Shown here in pieces: positions 13,244 to 26,579 of a stretch of 64,000 nucleotides of DNA. Origin of the DNA: Lama guanicoe (Eukaryota); the NCBI GenBank assembly GCA_013239625.1, contig MU056029.1, forward strand, positions 310,001 to 374,000, written 5' to 3'. Position numbers and translations under genes: made by a program. The notes under the pieces were generated by a model. That model was not told the DNA's origin and searched no databases. It was given only the letters and a program-made list of their open reading frames with translations. Position 1 is the first letter of the stretch. The number at the start of each line of letters is the position of its first letter.

Positions 13244-13717
13244 TGTAACTGAGCAGGACCCTGTGGCGCCTTCCCGGGACAGACCCCTCCCCGTGCCCTC
13301 TGCTGCAGCTCCTCTCTGAAGTACCCGGATAACCGTGTCATCTCATGCACACGTCCTGTGCTCTTCAGATACTAAAAACCACCACCAAAGGGAAGAAATT
13401 AATTACTCGATGGAGAGGATGCAGCCCCCAGACCTCCTGGTGCCCGAGGGTTGATGGTGTTGACGCCCTGTTACCTGTACACCAACCAGTCAGAGGGTTG
13501 TACACAACTGCTCACGGGCCCTGTGATCCACCCCCACCTCACCTGGCTTTTAAATAGGCTTTGCTGAAACCCTTCAGGGAGCTCGGGGTTTTCTTGGGCA
13601 CAGGCCACCCGTCCTCCTTGCTCGGCCCTGAAATGAACCCTTCTCTGCTCCAAACTCCGACGTTGTGGTTAGTCTGGCCTCACGAGGCGCCAGAACACAA
13701 ACCTGCCTTCGGTAACA
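13244..13717 (+). mobile_element. solo ERV (probably ERV1-class) LTR
   Basis: TGTAAC...GTAACA termini, near-TSD cact/catt, TATA-like ttttaaat ~13548, AATGAA-type polyA signal. Confidence 0.7.
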
Positions 13718-14067
13718 CATTTTTATAGTGACCCCAGGTTGCACAGCACTATGGCAAAGTTCACTTTTCAAACGGCGTCCCCAGTGCCCAGGAGCAGTGA
13801 AAAATGCCTTCCAGGGATGAGCCGCTGACAGCCAGAGGCAGGCGATGGCCTACCCTGCCTCGCTCCGCCCCACCTTTTCACAGAAATACTTAGAGACACG
13901 AGCAGGCATATTCCTGGCATGTGGCTTCCCCGGCCACCTGGCCTCCTCCCGCTGGCTTAGCAGAAGGCGAGCGACAGTTGGACTGAAGCCCAGCCCTTTC
14001 GCTCCGCGGGACAGAGCCCAGGGAAGGCCAGCACAGCTCACACGGGACAGCCCCGCTCGGTCGTTAC

Positions 14068-14144
14068 CTGCATGCCCTCCTGGCCCGAGATTCCCACACC
14101 CACGTCCGCCACCTGGATCATGCTGACGTCATTGGCTCCGTCTC
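14068..14144 (-). CDS. ATP10A: ATP10A exon 15 (77 nt) [26 protein letters not shown]
   Basis: tag/gtaacg boundaries; hinge motif GDGAND. Confidence 0.96.
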
Positions 14145-16627
14145 CTAGAAACAGCACAGGCAGGAAGAATCGTTTGAATGGAGGTTCGCAGAATCAAATC
14201 GGCTTAACGCATCCTCCCAGGGTCCCCATGAGCAGAGTCCTGGGCAGGGTCTGCGGGCAGGGAGCAGAGGCGGTGCAGAGTCTTCCCCAAGGGAGCCGAG
14301 TGACGCAGTCAGAACAAGCATGGTGGGGGGCTCGGAGCCACCAGCCCCACCAGGATGCATCTCAGAAGGCAGTTAGCATGTTCCTTTCCAGCTAGCACAC
14401 GCCCTACGCTGCCCTTCGCGTGGTGTCCAGCACCGCGAGAGATGTGACCTCCACCTTGAGCGTCGTTTCCTGAACTGCTCCGGTCTTTGTCACGTCAAGG
14501 CTACTCCCACTGATACTCACGTGAGTGGTTTTCTAAACTGAATGAGGGAGGTTAACCTCTGCCCAGCAAACTGGAGAGCCCGTTCCACACACGCATGCCC
14601 AGCCAGATTGTTGGCCCCTGGGCTCACCGCTGGGCTCTCTGAGGGTGTCATAAAAAAGGCTGCCTATTTATTCAGTCAAACTGCTATAGAAAACGCTTAG
14701 GAACGCAGGGTATAGGCCAGAGCTTTCGCCACCTTCGGGGAAAGGCAAGCAGAAACGTAAAGTCATTGTCGCTCAGTGATTGTGGCCATTCTTGGAACAG
14801 GGTCACAGAAGGTCCCAAATCACGGAGTCCCTCCCACGTTTCAAATATGCAAAAGGTGCGGATATATAGAGTTGGAGTGACCCACGCCATGGCCACAGGA
14901 TGTGTCCCCTGCGGTATCTCTGTCCTTTATTGCACTGGACCCAACACGGGTGATTAGTCAATATTTGTCCAATTGAAATTCTGCAAAGCAATAACCTTTG
15001 CAGCTCTTCCCAGAACGTCCCATTCAAAATGAGATACAGAGGCAACAATGTTCTCTGTATCATTAACCACTGGACGCCCAGGACCGGTCACATCAATGCT
15101 TTAACTCACGGTCAAGGAAATGAGCTCATGTTCTGGTAGGTCATTACTTTTCCTCTTTCCCTCTGAGAGTCTATTTTGTTTTTTAATTTTCTTTTTAACC
15201 AGCCAAGGCTTTACCTCCATTTTCCTAAAGGAATGCCACACACTCATGATTCAGTGGCCGACCAGGCAGTGAAAATGTGGCTTATCACTCCCGTCTGACA
15301 CCAGCCCTGTCAGGGGACACTGTCTGCATGTTCTCACTGAGGGCAGGAGCAGGGAGGAGCAGCTAGCGGTAAAGCTGCAGACCCCCTGGCTTCGGCCTTG
15401 AACACCTGCTCAGGGAGACCTGCGGCCACTCCAGGCACATGAGGGCAAAAGTGGTCCTGAGACAGTCTCCCTGAGGAGGGGCCGCCTCAGAAGAGCTGCC
15501 TGTCTCCCCTTATCCCGAACTGAGCTGAGCACATGCTCACTCTCCTGAGCGGTTGCCATGGCCCTCAGGATAGGCAGGGCCATCTCCATGACGACCACAC
15601 TAGGGCCATCCCGCTGCAGACCCAGCCGATATGCTGGGCTCAAGTGTCCTGCCGTGGCATCCTGTGTGACAGGGTGGCAATCCCCACGCCAGCAAGGAGG
15701 GCTGTCACAGATTGACCGTATTTTGCAGAAAATACAGTAATAATTGTTACCGATTGGTGAGGATGCTTTAGCTCAGAGCCAGCCCTCACTCAGGTGTGCA
15801 TTCTATATGCAGGGAGAGCAAACTGCTTGCTATCCAGGGATCATGGGAGTCACCCCTTTTCCTAGGCTATCTGCACCTCACCAGCAGGTGATGCTACCAA
15901 GCCCCTCAGCCTCACTGGACAGTGGACGTGAACGGAGGTGGGTGGGGGTGCTGCCTTGAGGGGAGACAGGTGAGACTGGAGAGATGCCTGGAAGGCTCTC
16001 CGGGCCAACAGTCTGCAAGGAAAAACCATCATTAGATGCATAGTCCTTAAAGAAATGATGCCAAATTTAGCAACTATTCATACCTTAGGATGGATTTTTT
16101 AAAATTAGATGCTTGTTTCAAAAGAATCAAAGTTCAGCAGACAGGAAGCAACAGGAGCTCAAGTCTCTGGGCCCCGGGGCATCAGCAGCCTCGGACTCCA
16201 GGTGGCTCAGGGCGGTCAGAAGAACCTGCAGCGGGCCTCCGTTCTAAGCTGGCCTGGGAGAGTGCTTAGCGTGTAGGGCTCTGCTGTGGCCGTGCCTGCC
16301 TGGGACCGGCTGCTCTCTAGTCTCCCGTCTCCCGGGAAACAGTAAACCGCCATTGCACTACTGACTTCCTAATACGTAGCTATCTCTGTTGCTAGTATCT
16401 TTTGTGGCTTTCACGGCGAAGCTTTATATTTGGAACAGGCTGCCTGTTTCACTGCACTGGCTGTGATTTTTATAAATAGAAAATAGAGCAAAAGAGCGTT
16501 CGTTTTCCCATCCTGTGGCACAGCACAGAAGGCGCAGGAAATTCAGGATGCTCCGAGAGGAAGCAGCTGCACGAGGTGGGGGCTGCTCATTCACACAGGG
16601 CCCCGCCCGGACGGCCTAGATACTTGC

Positions 16628-16955
16628 CTATGGCCAGAGTCATGGCCTTGAGCTTGCTTCTGACCAGCTTGACCACCATGCTCTTCTGCAGGGGGGTCGA
16701 GCGGCAGCAGAGGACAGACCGGCACTGCTTAGCGAGGAAGAGGAATTTGTCCTCCAGGTTTTTCTCCAAGGCGTAGGCCAGACTTCTGCCGTCGATCACG
16801 AGGCTCAGGCTGGGGCCGGCGGTGGTGACCGTGGAGGGTGGGTAGACAGGGGAGAAGCCCATACTCAGGCTGCCAGCGGTCTTCTTAGGGGCACGGTGGG
16901 GGCTCCTGGACTGCACGTAGTGGAGGCACTGGTCCAGCAGGGCCGCACACACCTC
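16628..16955 (-). CDS. ATP10A: ATP10A exon 14 (328 nt) [10 protein letters not shown]...LVIDG...CCRSTPLQK...TLAI; GC donor
   Basis: cag acceptor; donor TAG|GCAAGT joins in frame to GDGAND. Confidence 0.92.
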
Positions 16956-17332
16956 CTGAAATGGACAGGAGAGGACGATGCGGTTCACTTGGCTGCGTCC
17001 CTGACCAGGTCACCCGCCCATGGCACGTCTGAGAATCTCCAGGGACCCAGGCTGCAGGCTCTTCCCAGGAGGCCTCCCTCCTGAAACTGGGAAGTGCGTG
17101 AAAGAGATGACTTCCAACACAAAAGAGTTTGAGCTGGTTTAGGGTTACTGTAAGATTCCGCTATATTCCATTATACTGTGTAGAGGGTAGGCGAGATCAC
17201 CTTCTGGCTGGTTCGATGGCAGGAGCTCCCCAGGCCTTGCCTCATGGGCTTCTGAGACCCTTACTTAGCCCTTCCTGTTTGCTGGTGAGGTACCAACAAA
17301 AGCCTCAATTAGTCCCTGAGGAAGTGTCATCA

Positions 17333-17522
17333 AGGAGGGAGGAAACAGCTCAGGTGGTAGAGCACATGCTTAGCATGCACAAGGTCCTTGGTTCAGTCCC
17401 CAGTCCCTCCTCTAAAAATAAATAAATAAACCTGATTAACCCCCCCAAAATAAATTAAATTAAATTATATTAAATGGCAATTTGAGGATCCTTAATGATG
17501 GGGATAATTTAAAAAAAGAGAA
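17333..17522 (+). mobile_element. vic-1-like SINE with extended 3' tail
   Basis: TSD gaagtgtcatca (17321-17332 / 17523-17534). Confidence 0.88.
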
Positions 17523-17837
17523 GAAGTGTCATCAGTGTCTACCTACATTCTCCAGGTGACCAGGAAAATGGAGTTTAAAAAAAAAAAGCATAATGACTGA
17601 GGCTTTTAATTGGCAGTGCCCGTGCAAAACTGTATCTGGTTCTAGAAAGAAAAAGGAAACAAACTTACTGGGGACCCTGCAGGGTCAGGGACAGAGGCAC
17701 AGCAGGGACATATATTTCCAGGAACAAACACACTCCAGGGAACACAAGTGGTTCCTGGTCTTCCACAGATGGACAGCGAGTGACCACCCTCCTGTGATGC
17801 ACCATGGAAATCCAGTCGTGCCCAACAAGCACTTACT

Positions 17838-17938
17838 TTGTTTCTTCTTTCTTTTTTTTAATGGAGGTACTGGGGATTGAACCTAGGACCTCACGCATGC
17901 TAAGCATGCACCCTACCACTGAGCTCTACCATCCACCC
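17838..17938 (-). mobile_element. vic-1-like SINE
   Basis: tRNA-like body plus T-tract on plus strand. Confidence 0.85.
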
Positions 17939-20900
17939 ACCAACGGGCGTTTACTGAAGACCTTTTATGTTTAGAAAAGTGAGTGAGATTACAGCAAAGA
18001 AGATGAAAAGATGCAGTTATTGGCCTTGGGCGACAGGCAGGCAGCTGGACACACACGCAAACTCACTCGTGACCGCAGCAAGTCATGGACCAGGATGTGC
18101 AAAGTGTCGCTGGGCAGAGAGGGAGCGATTTGCTTCTAGGGGGGCTGGGAGTGGCAGTGACAGGGAAGGCCTTGAAGAGAACATGGGGCCTCATCACAGG
18201 AAGACCTTGAATCTCCGGGTCCTTGCAAGAGGTCTTGGAGCAAGCACACCCTGCCGCCCCTGGGGCTTTCCACCTTCACCTCGTCTGGACCCTGTGTCAC
18301 GGGAGCTGGGAGTGGGTGCCGAGGTGGGACAGAGAGAGGTCCAGCTTCAGGAGAAGCCCTCTGCTTCTGTCTCGAGGAGCAGAGACGAGAACTTCCAACG
18401 CTCGGACAAGATGGAGGAAACCCTGTTTGTATTTATTTGTCTCTCTCGTCTCTCGAACCCACTCAGGCAATTTGCTCTGGAGGCGGGCAGCAGAATCAGC
18501 GGTAGGAGGGCCATCTGCCGCCCAGGACACTGAGGGAGGTGGTCCTTCCCTCCTGTCCTAGCAGTACTTGGCCCTGGATGTCAGTGTTGGTGCAGAATAC
18601 AAAGCAGATCAAAGCCCAGCTTTCTGGCCAGACGGAGGTCCAGAGAATAAGAAAGTACTGGGAAAACTATGAGGAGAGAGAGCTTGGCAAAAATGTAAGA
18701 CAGATTCTAACAGCTTGGCAAAGGCTAAACCAAACTGATGTCGAAACCAACCCCCCGAGGCTGCTCAGAGCACACAGCCCAAACCCAGGAGGACTACCTT
18801 AAACAAAAGTCCATATTCTCCACAGAATTTAAAATGACCAGAGTGCCATTCAAAAGGCCCGAACTTAGCAGCGTGTAAAGAGGAGAGTTTCAGTGCACAT
18901 GGAAACGACATGAACCGAAGCCAGTGCCAAGACAACACACGTCCTGGGGCTGCCTGACAAGGACTCTGACGCAGCCATTATAACAGTGTCCCACGAAGGG
19001 AGAGAACATTCTAGAAATGAATAGAAAAGAAGTTGCGGCAAAAACTAGAAGAGCTAATAAAGAAGAATCAAATAAAAACTCTAGAACCTCCCAAAACACA
19101 TTGACCAAAACAAAAAGTTCACAGGATTCCAGGTATGTGTCCATCACTGGATCGCATAAATAATTTATGGGACTTCTCTGTGCTCAAGGAGTGGGAAATG
19201 TAACTCCACACTCTGTAGGTGTGGGCTGTGCTTCCAAAGAGGACCGCGTGAGAGGGGTGGAGAGAGTTAGTTTACTGCAGAAGGACCTGACAAAGCATTT
19301 ACAGAGACAAGTCGTGCTGACAGCATGTGCCCTGGACATGAGGCGCTGAAACGATGAAAATGGAACTTCCTGTCCGTGGTCTTCCTCCCCAGACTCGTAA
19401 CCTTAATCACGAAAAAGACATCAGACAAATCCTCATATGAGGACATTCTACAAAATCTCTGACCAGTGCTCCTCAAAACCATCAAGATCGTCAGAAACAA
19501 AGGAAGTATGAGAAACTGTGACAGTCAGTAAGAGCCTAAGGGGACACGATGAATGCAATGTGGTCCTGGATGAGATTCTGGAAAACAAAAAGAACATTAG
19601 GCAAAACTTAAGATGGTCTGAATATAGGACAGATTTTAGTAAGTAGTTGTATATTAATATCAATTTTTCAATTGTAAAGATATTAATAATCAGCAAAGTT
19701 AGGTGTAATGAAACACTGAGTGCTACCTTCACAATTTTTCTGTAAATCTAAAACCATTCTATATTAAAAAGCTTATTTTTGAAAAACTACTAAATGGGCT
19801 CAGTAGGAAAATGGCGATAACAGAAGAAAAAGTCAGTGACATCCAAGACAGATCAATAGAAATTATCCAGCTTGAACAAGAGAGAAAAAAAAAAGAGAGA
19901 TAAAGAACAGCCCAGGGGCTCTTGAGAAAACACCAAAAGACCCTGCATTCACGCCATCACATTCTGGAAGTGGAGGAGAAAGCGCAGTGCAGAAAAGTGT
20001 TTAATGGAATAAAGGCTACAAACTTACCAAATCTGGTGAAAGACATAACCCCACAGACTCAAGAAGCTTAGCAAATCCCAGAGTATAAATCAAAAGAAAT
20101 CTGTGCCCAAACACGTCACAATCAAACTGCTTAAAACTAAAGACAAAGAAAAACACTGGAAAGCAGTCAGATAAAGACGATTCATTAGTTATAGGCTAAT
20201 AATGACAGTTGATTTTTCACTGGGTACCATGATGAAATAAAGACATTATCTGAACCTACTCTAAAAAAAAAAATTGATAAAGGAAGTTCTTCCTACAAAA
20301 GGGAAATTGTACCTCAAGGAAACTTGAAGCAACAACTGTGTAAGAAGAACAGCAGAAATTGTAAGTATTTATGTAAATAGAATGGACTATTCTTTTCCTC
20401 TTGAGTTCTTAAATGTATGCTTTTTGAGTGAAAGTAAAAAAATATAATATGATCTGATGAGGGTTTCAGTGTACGTAGCTGTACTATATACACCTACAGC
20501 ATTAGGGGTAAGAGTACGGGGCACATGGACTGATAAGATTTCTTCACTCCACCTGAAGGGGAAAAATACTGATTCTAAGTAAACTGTGACAACTCGAGTA
20601 TGCATACTGTAATCCTAGAACGCATACTAAAAAAGCCAAGCAAGGTGATGCTGTCAAAACACAACAGACCAATTAAAATGGAATACAAAAAATGTTCAAA
20701 TAACCCAAAAGAAGGGAGGAAAGGGAATGTAGGAACCAAAACCAGAGAACAATAAGAAAACAAAAAGTAAAATGGGAGACTTGAGCCCAAAGATACTGAC
20801 AAGCACAATAATATAATGTGAACGATCTAAGCTATCAATTAAAAGGGACTGTGAATGTATGAAACACGACCTAGCTACCAAAAACCAAACAAACCCATTT

Positions 20901-20997
20901 CAAATGTAATGCTACAGGTGGAGTAAAAACAAAGGATAAAACAAGATGTGCCATGCAAACAGAAATCAACGTAGCAGGCAAGGCTATTTTGGCTCAG

Positions 20998-21180
20998 AGT
21001 ATTTCAGACTTTTCAGGTCATTCAGCCTCTTGTGGCAACTACTCAACACTGCCATCATAGCACGAAAACAGCCACAGACTGTGCATAAAAACATGGTGAG
21101 GGCTGTGTTCAGGTAAAACTCTGTCTGTAGAAATAGGTGGTAGGTTGGAATCGACCCAGAGGCGACAGTTTACTGACCCT
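20998..21180 (-). mobile_element. MER58A-like hAT DNA transposon
   Basis: gcaactactcaac...aaacagcc...ggctgtgttc...agtttactgaccc matches recalled MER58A. Confidence 0.65.
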
Positions 21181-21361
21181 ATTACAGAAGAATTGAACCA
21201 TACCATCTCTCAGCTGGATCTAATTGATCCACTGGCCAACAACATGGCAGGATACACACTCTTTTCAGATTCATGTGAACGTTCACCAAGAGAGACCACT
21301 CCCTGGGTCATTTAAAACAATGAACAAATGTGAAAGAATTAAAATCATAAAAAGCATATTC

Positions 21362-21625
21362 GGGGGTGGGAAGGGACACGTGGGGAGTTCAAGAATTACA
21401 AATACTGACTATGGTATATATAAAATAGATGAAAAACATTTATTTTGTACAGCACAGGGAACTATATTCAATCTCTTGTAGTAACGAACAATGAAAAAAG
21501 AATATAAAAATGAATCTTTTATATGCATATGTATGACTGAAACATGCTGTACACCAGAAACTGACACATTGTAACTGACTACACTTCCATAAAAAAATAA
21601 TAAAATGATTTAAACTAGTGGGGAA
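21362..21625 (+). mobile_element. young L1 3' end nested in old L1
   Basis: same 3'UTR family as 4197; TSD-like aaaa(g)catattc. Confidence 0.8.
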
Positions 21626-22639
21626 AAAACATATTCTATGACAATAATGGATAGAAATCAATAGAAGAGGTTAACAAAGAAGTCAGTAACAGGAGGACAA
21701 CGTGGAAAGTCCAAACACTTGGAAATTAAAGAAAACACTACCAATTTTAAGACTGATTTTTAAAAAGCACAGGAAAACATAGTACTGATGAAGGGATACA
21801 CACAGATCAATGGAATAGAACAGAAAGTCTAGAAATAGACCCAAACAAACAGGACCAACTGGTTTTCAACAAAGGTGTAAAGACAACTTAATGGAAAAAC
21901 ACAGGCTGTCCACAAACGGTGTCTGATTAAGTAGCTCCATGAAGAAGAAAGAAGTTTGACACAAACCTCACACCTTACACAAAATTCTACATGAAATGGA
22001 TTGTGTCTAATGCTGACATACTAAACTATCTTTTAGAAGAAAATATAGGAGAAACCCTCGTGGGAAGACACATCTTAAGCGTGACCACTAAAGCATGATT
22101 CACGAGAGAGACAGCGGGATTTCATTACTCGCTGGAGACGCTCCAAATGCGAGTCACTGGAGGAATCAGAGCCCAGGCCAGAGCCCATGGGAAGCAGATC
22201 TTCCCTCCGCACTTGGGGATTTCAGTTGACAGATGGGAGGCATGAAAACCGCAGTGCCTCTGGGCACCCCCGGGGACACCCATGCCGTCCTGAGGATGCC
22301 AAAGCCCTGGCTCCACGTGACCTCAGGAAAAACACTCTCTGATACTGCTGGCTGGGGAGTGGGGTCAGGAGAAAGCGGGTTGAACTTTGCATTATAAAGT
22401 CTAGATGCACGTTCCTTTGAAATTAGGAAATCCCAGCAAATGCCACATCTTCCAAGACAATGACAACCATGTTCTAAGCGCCAGAAACACAACCCAGGTC
22501 CAAATCGAGAGGCAGAGGGCAAAGGCCCATCTCACAGCAGCTGCCAGAAGTGCAAGGTATTCCTTCCTGCTCTGCCCGGGGTATGCTGGTCAGGTGTGAG
22601 GCTGCCCAGGCAGAGCCGGGCTCCCTGACATCCGCCCAC

Positions 22640-22824
22640 CTGGGATTCCGCGTTCAGGGTGATGACTTCCTCGTTGTGGTCCAGCAGTTTGCAGGCATAC
22701 GCGATGTTGATGGCTGTTTCCTGTTTGTCACCGGTGAGAACCCAAATCTGCAGACCCGCCTGACGCAATTTAGCAATGGTTTCCGGGACTCCGTCCTGCA
22801 GGCGGTCTTCAATCCCAGTGGCAC
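22640..22824 (-). CDS. ATP10A: ATP10A exon 13 (185 nt) [38 protein letters not shown]...
   Basis: cag/gtgggc boundaries; IEDRLQ and TGDK motifs. Confidence 0.96.
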
Positions 22825-23258
22825 CTGGTCAAAGGTACGACAGTGCGGGTGAGCCCCCTGCTCCTGGGCTCCCACCCTGACACAGCAAAGGTGCTGACCC
22901 ATCCTGCAGACGGGGCCCTGCTTGTGGGCCGTATCACCTGGAAGCACTCAGGTGATTCCACACTCAGGACAGGGCTCTCCCAACTCCATGGCAGGGTAAC
23001 TGGGAGGGGAGACGCTGAACGCAATTCTCCAGCCTTACAGCAGAGCATCTCCAATGCTTCACGCAGCTGACTTCCCACTTCACAGACAGCCTGGAAACCA
23101 GGCGTGTGCGGAGACGGGGGCAATGACCATGTTTCCAGGGATGAAAAAGTTTTAAAAATCACCCATCCCACAGAAAGCTTCTGGTGAATGACATCCACAG
23201 TGTGTGTTCTCAACAGTCCTTGCAGGGAGCTAACGAAACAGACTACAGAGGCCCATTC

Positions 23259-23371
23259 TTTCTCTTTTTTTTAAGTTATAAAATTTTTTAAATGGAGGTA
23301 CTGGGGATTGAACCCAGGACCTCACGCATGCTAAGCACACGCTCTCCCACTGAGCTACACCCTCCCCCCCC
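23259..23371 (-). mobile_element. vic-1-like SINE
   Basis: near-consensus tRNA-Ala body, T-tract. Confidence 0.88.
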
Positions 23372-23640
23372 ATTATTTCTTGAAAGCAACACTGTCGGGA
23401 ATACACTTTTTCCACAAACATAGTGATTAAGAGGCAGATTTCCCCCATGCAGGAATCAGGAAAAATACACCACCTGGTGCAGAAAAGCGTTCGCTAAAGC
23501 CAGCCTCCATTTCTCCTCTGCTTCCAACTTGGGGTGATGGCCTCTGCCTTCCTTCTAGAAGCACAGCATTGCCTACGGGCCCCCCTCGCCCCAGCCCTGC
23601 CTTTCTCTTTTATGCCATGCTGTTCCCTGTGTGGGGATGT

Positions 23641-24018
23641 TGCTGTGGACTGAATGTCTGTGTTCCCTCCCTCCCCCAACAAGAACCCATAGGTTGACGC
23701 CCTAATCCCTGAGGTGACGGCATTGGGGGGGGGCCTCTGGGAGGTGATTAGGTCATGAGGGTGGAGCCCTCATGAGTGAGATTAGTGCCCTTGTAATAAT
23801 AAAAGACACAAGAGAGATAGTGTCTCTCTCTCCGTGGTGCGAGGATACAGAAGGAAGGCAGCCGTCTGCAGAACAGGAAGGGAGCCCTTATCAGGAATCA
23901 AACTGGCCAGCACCCTGACCTGAGACTTCCAAGCCTCCAGGACTATGAGAAATAAATGCCTGGCGTTTAAGCTACCCAGCCTGTGCTGTTTTGTTAGAGG
24001 CCCGAAATGACTAAGATA
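23641..24018 (+). mobile_element. MaLR solo LTR (MLT1A-like)
   Basis: tgctgtggactgaatg...ggtggagccctcatg...agcctccaggactatgagaaataaa...gactaaga. Confidence 0.8.
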
Positions 24019-25534
24019 GACACCATTTCCCTTTCTCTGCCTCAAACAGAAGAGATGGCAGGTGCAGGGAGGGTGAAGTCAAGGTGTAACACACGCACAA
24101 AAAGTGCACATTTCTTAGATTCACCCTCTGATGCACTTTCACAAATCACACACCTTGTAACCAGCCCTGAGCTCAGGAAACAGGATCACCAACTCCCCAG
24201 GAGCCCCCCTCGGGGGTCAGTGGCTGATTTTTCTCTTCCAGCTCATGCAGCCTGTGCGGCGTGTTGGACCTGGACCTCCCACTTGGTAAGTGCACCAGAA
24301 GGCTACATGGGAACTTGGGAGGAGTCCAGAAAGGAGGAGGGGATACTGCACCCAAGCTGCCCTCTGCTCTAAACCACGGAGGCCCTGGCGGGAGGACCAG
24401 GCAGGGTGTGGGGCTCAAGGTCTGCTGAGGAATGAGCATGTTATGGTCCTTGCTTACAGTGGGCGTGTCCCTTGGGTCCTGGTCCCCCTCCCCAGCCCTA
24501 GCTCTGTGGCTCCAGCATTGGAAGAGGGTGTGTATCTCTGACCCCTCATCTTTACCATCCAACAGTGCCAACATCTTTCTGCACATCCCGAGTGTCACCT
24601 CTGCTGAAGTGTGTTCCCTGATGTGGCAGGGACAGCAGAGGGAGGGAGGGTCTTGCCCACCTCTGTGTGTTCACAGTGTCTTGTTCACACTTAATAATAA
24701 TGACTATGGAATAATCATAATGGTGGTTAATCCTGGTGGATTACCATCTACCAGGAAAAGTTTGCACAGCATCCCCAAGATGTGAGAACTACAATTTCCC
24801 CACCACTCAGGGGTGGAAAGCAAGGTGAGGGAGGAGAGTTTAGCAAAGGACGGGCCCATGTGTGGAGGGTGAGAAGGCTAGCTGACCCACAGCCTGGCCA
24901 CTTCTCTCCCCCCTCCATTGTCCAAGGCTGCCACCATCCTGCCTGGAATACAGACTAGTCTCCTAGCCAGTGACCCTGCCTCTGTCCTTGCCGGCCCCAG
25001 AGCCAATCCTCAGAGAAGCCAGAGCACTCCTCTAAACCACCAGATGAGTTGGAAATCTACTGAATTCACCTATCGTTGTAAACTCTGCTGTTAGATTTTG
25101 GTCAATGGGAAAGCAGTCTGGGAGGCATTGTCTTGAGATTCACCCTGCTTTTAACTGCAAACACTGGTCTCAGCTGTCCCACAGTGCCCTGCAGGTCAAG
25201 GTGCTCAATAAATATCTGAATTGATGGGGAAAAAAATGCATTCCCCACAAAGTATGCCTCTGCTCCAAACCTCTGAGCGGCATTATCTGCACTAGGACAA
25301 CGCTCCCACTACGAGGCAGTGCTTTGTGTACAAATCAACCAATTACCCACTCTTCACTAGATAGTGACCTCCTGCAAAGAGGTCTTCTTTCCCCCCATCT
25401 TTGTACCCTGGCTGTTTAGCCAGGACCCTTGGTAAATGTCCCCAGGGAAAGAAAGCAGGGAAGGTCATGCAGGTAAATTCTGGTCCAGAGGGAGTCTGCC
25501 TCTGTTTAGGGAAAAATCAGTACCTTAAAAATAC

Positions 25535-25735
25535 AGCTTCTTACTAACTACTATATATAAAATAGATAAACAACAAGTTTCTTTTGTATAGCACAGGGAA
25601 CTATATTCAATATCTTGTAGTAACCCTATAATGAAAAAGAAAATACAAGCTAATATATGTAGGTATATGTATGACTGGAACACGATGCTGTACACCAGAA
25701 ACCAACACAACATTGCAAACTGACTATATTACATC
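25535..25735 (+). mobile_element. L1 3' end fragment
   Basis: tatagcacagggaactatattcaatatcttgtag motif. Confidence 0.8.
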
Positions 25736-25748
25736 GTAGACTATGTTA

Positions 25749-25749
25749 C

Positions 25750-25785
<36 letters not shown>
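25749..25785. repeat. (TA)n microsatellite
   Basis: visible dinucleotide run. Confidence 0.9.
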
Positions 25786-26579
25786 GCTTCTTTATTTTAG
25801 GAGCTAATTGGCCAAAGTAATGGCCTCCCCACTGGGCCACTTGACAGACCTTCATCTATACAATGTACAGGTTTGAATCAAACACAGAACACGACCAAAG
25901 TCAGAAACAGAGTTATGAAATACGGCATGAACTATGCCTGCGAAAGAAGAGGTAATCTGAAGAACAGTCCTTTTAAGATGACCTGTGTCTTTCTGAGCTC
26001 TCCAAGGTAGCTTGTTTGTAATATAATTTATGTGGCTTTGAGTAAATGTCACCTTCTTTACAACCTGATCCCTGGGAGAACCTGGCATTTCGAGATTTAT
26101 AACCAGGGTAGTGAGTAGGGTTCAAGTTGGTGCCACCAAGCCCCACTGGGCTCAGATGTCAGGCAGCTTTTAATGGGGGGGGGATCCCACCAACTGAGGA
26201 GCTGCAAATGACATTTGTAGAAAAGAGCAAGACAGCCTGGAGAAAGTGAGCAGAATGTAGGTTCTTGGCCAGAACACGGTGGAAAAGAAAATTTCAAGAG
26301 CACAGTGTGAATGATGATCATTCCCCTCACGGTTCTCTGATGTCCTTTAATGTAAGAACCTAAGTAAAAAGATTTCAGTGGGGCTTTGAGATATTAAATT
26401 TGGCTTGGGGACATTAAATATCTAAAAGCTCACTCCACATTTCTCAAATGTGACTCTGACGAGTTGGAGCACTGTGCCCGTGGAAGACTCAGTGGTGAGC
26501 AGTGAGGCGGTGGCTCTCCCATTCTCCAGCTTGGCCTCCTCATCTCTGAGCCATAAACATTCCAAATTGTAGGGGATGG

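Larger units (their letters stand above)
18750..22110 (+). mobile_element. old degraded L1M-type LINE (ORF1/ORF2 remnants) with nested insertions
   Basis: A-rich strand with L1 ORF1-like (cacagactcaagaagct, aatcaaactgcttaaaactaaagacaaag) and ORF2-like (gatcaatggaatagaacagaaagtctagaaatagaccc) segments; older L1 3'UTR nested ~19160-19780; boundaries approximate. Confidence 0.7.
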
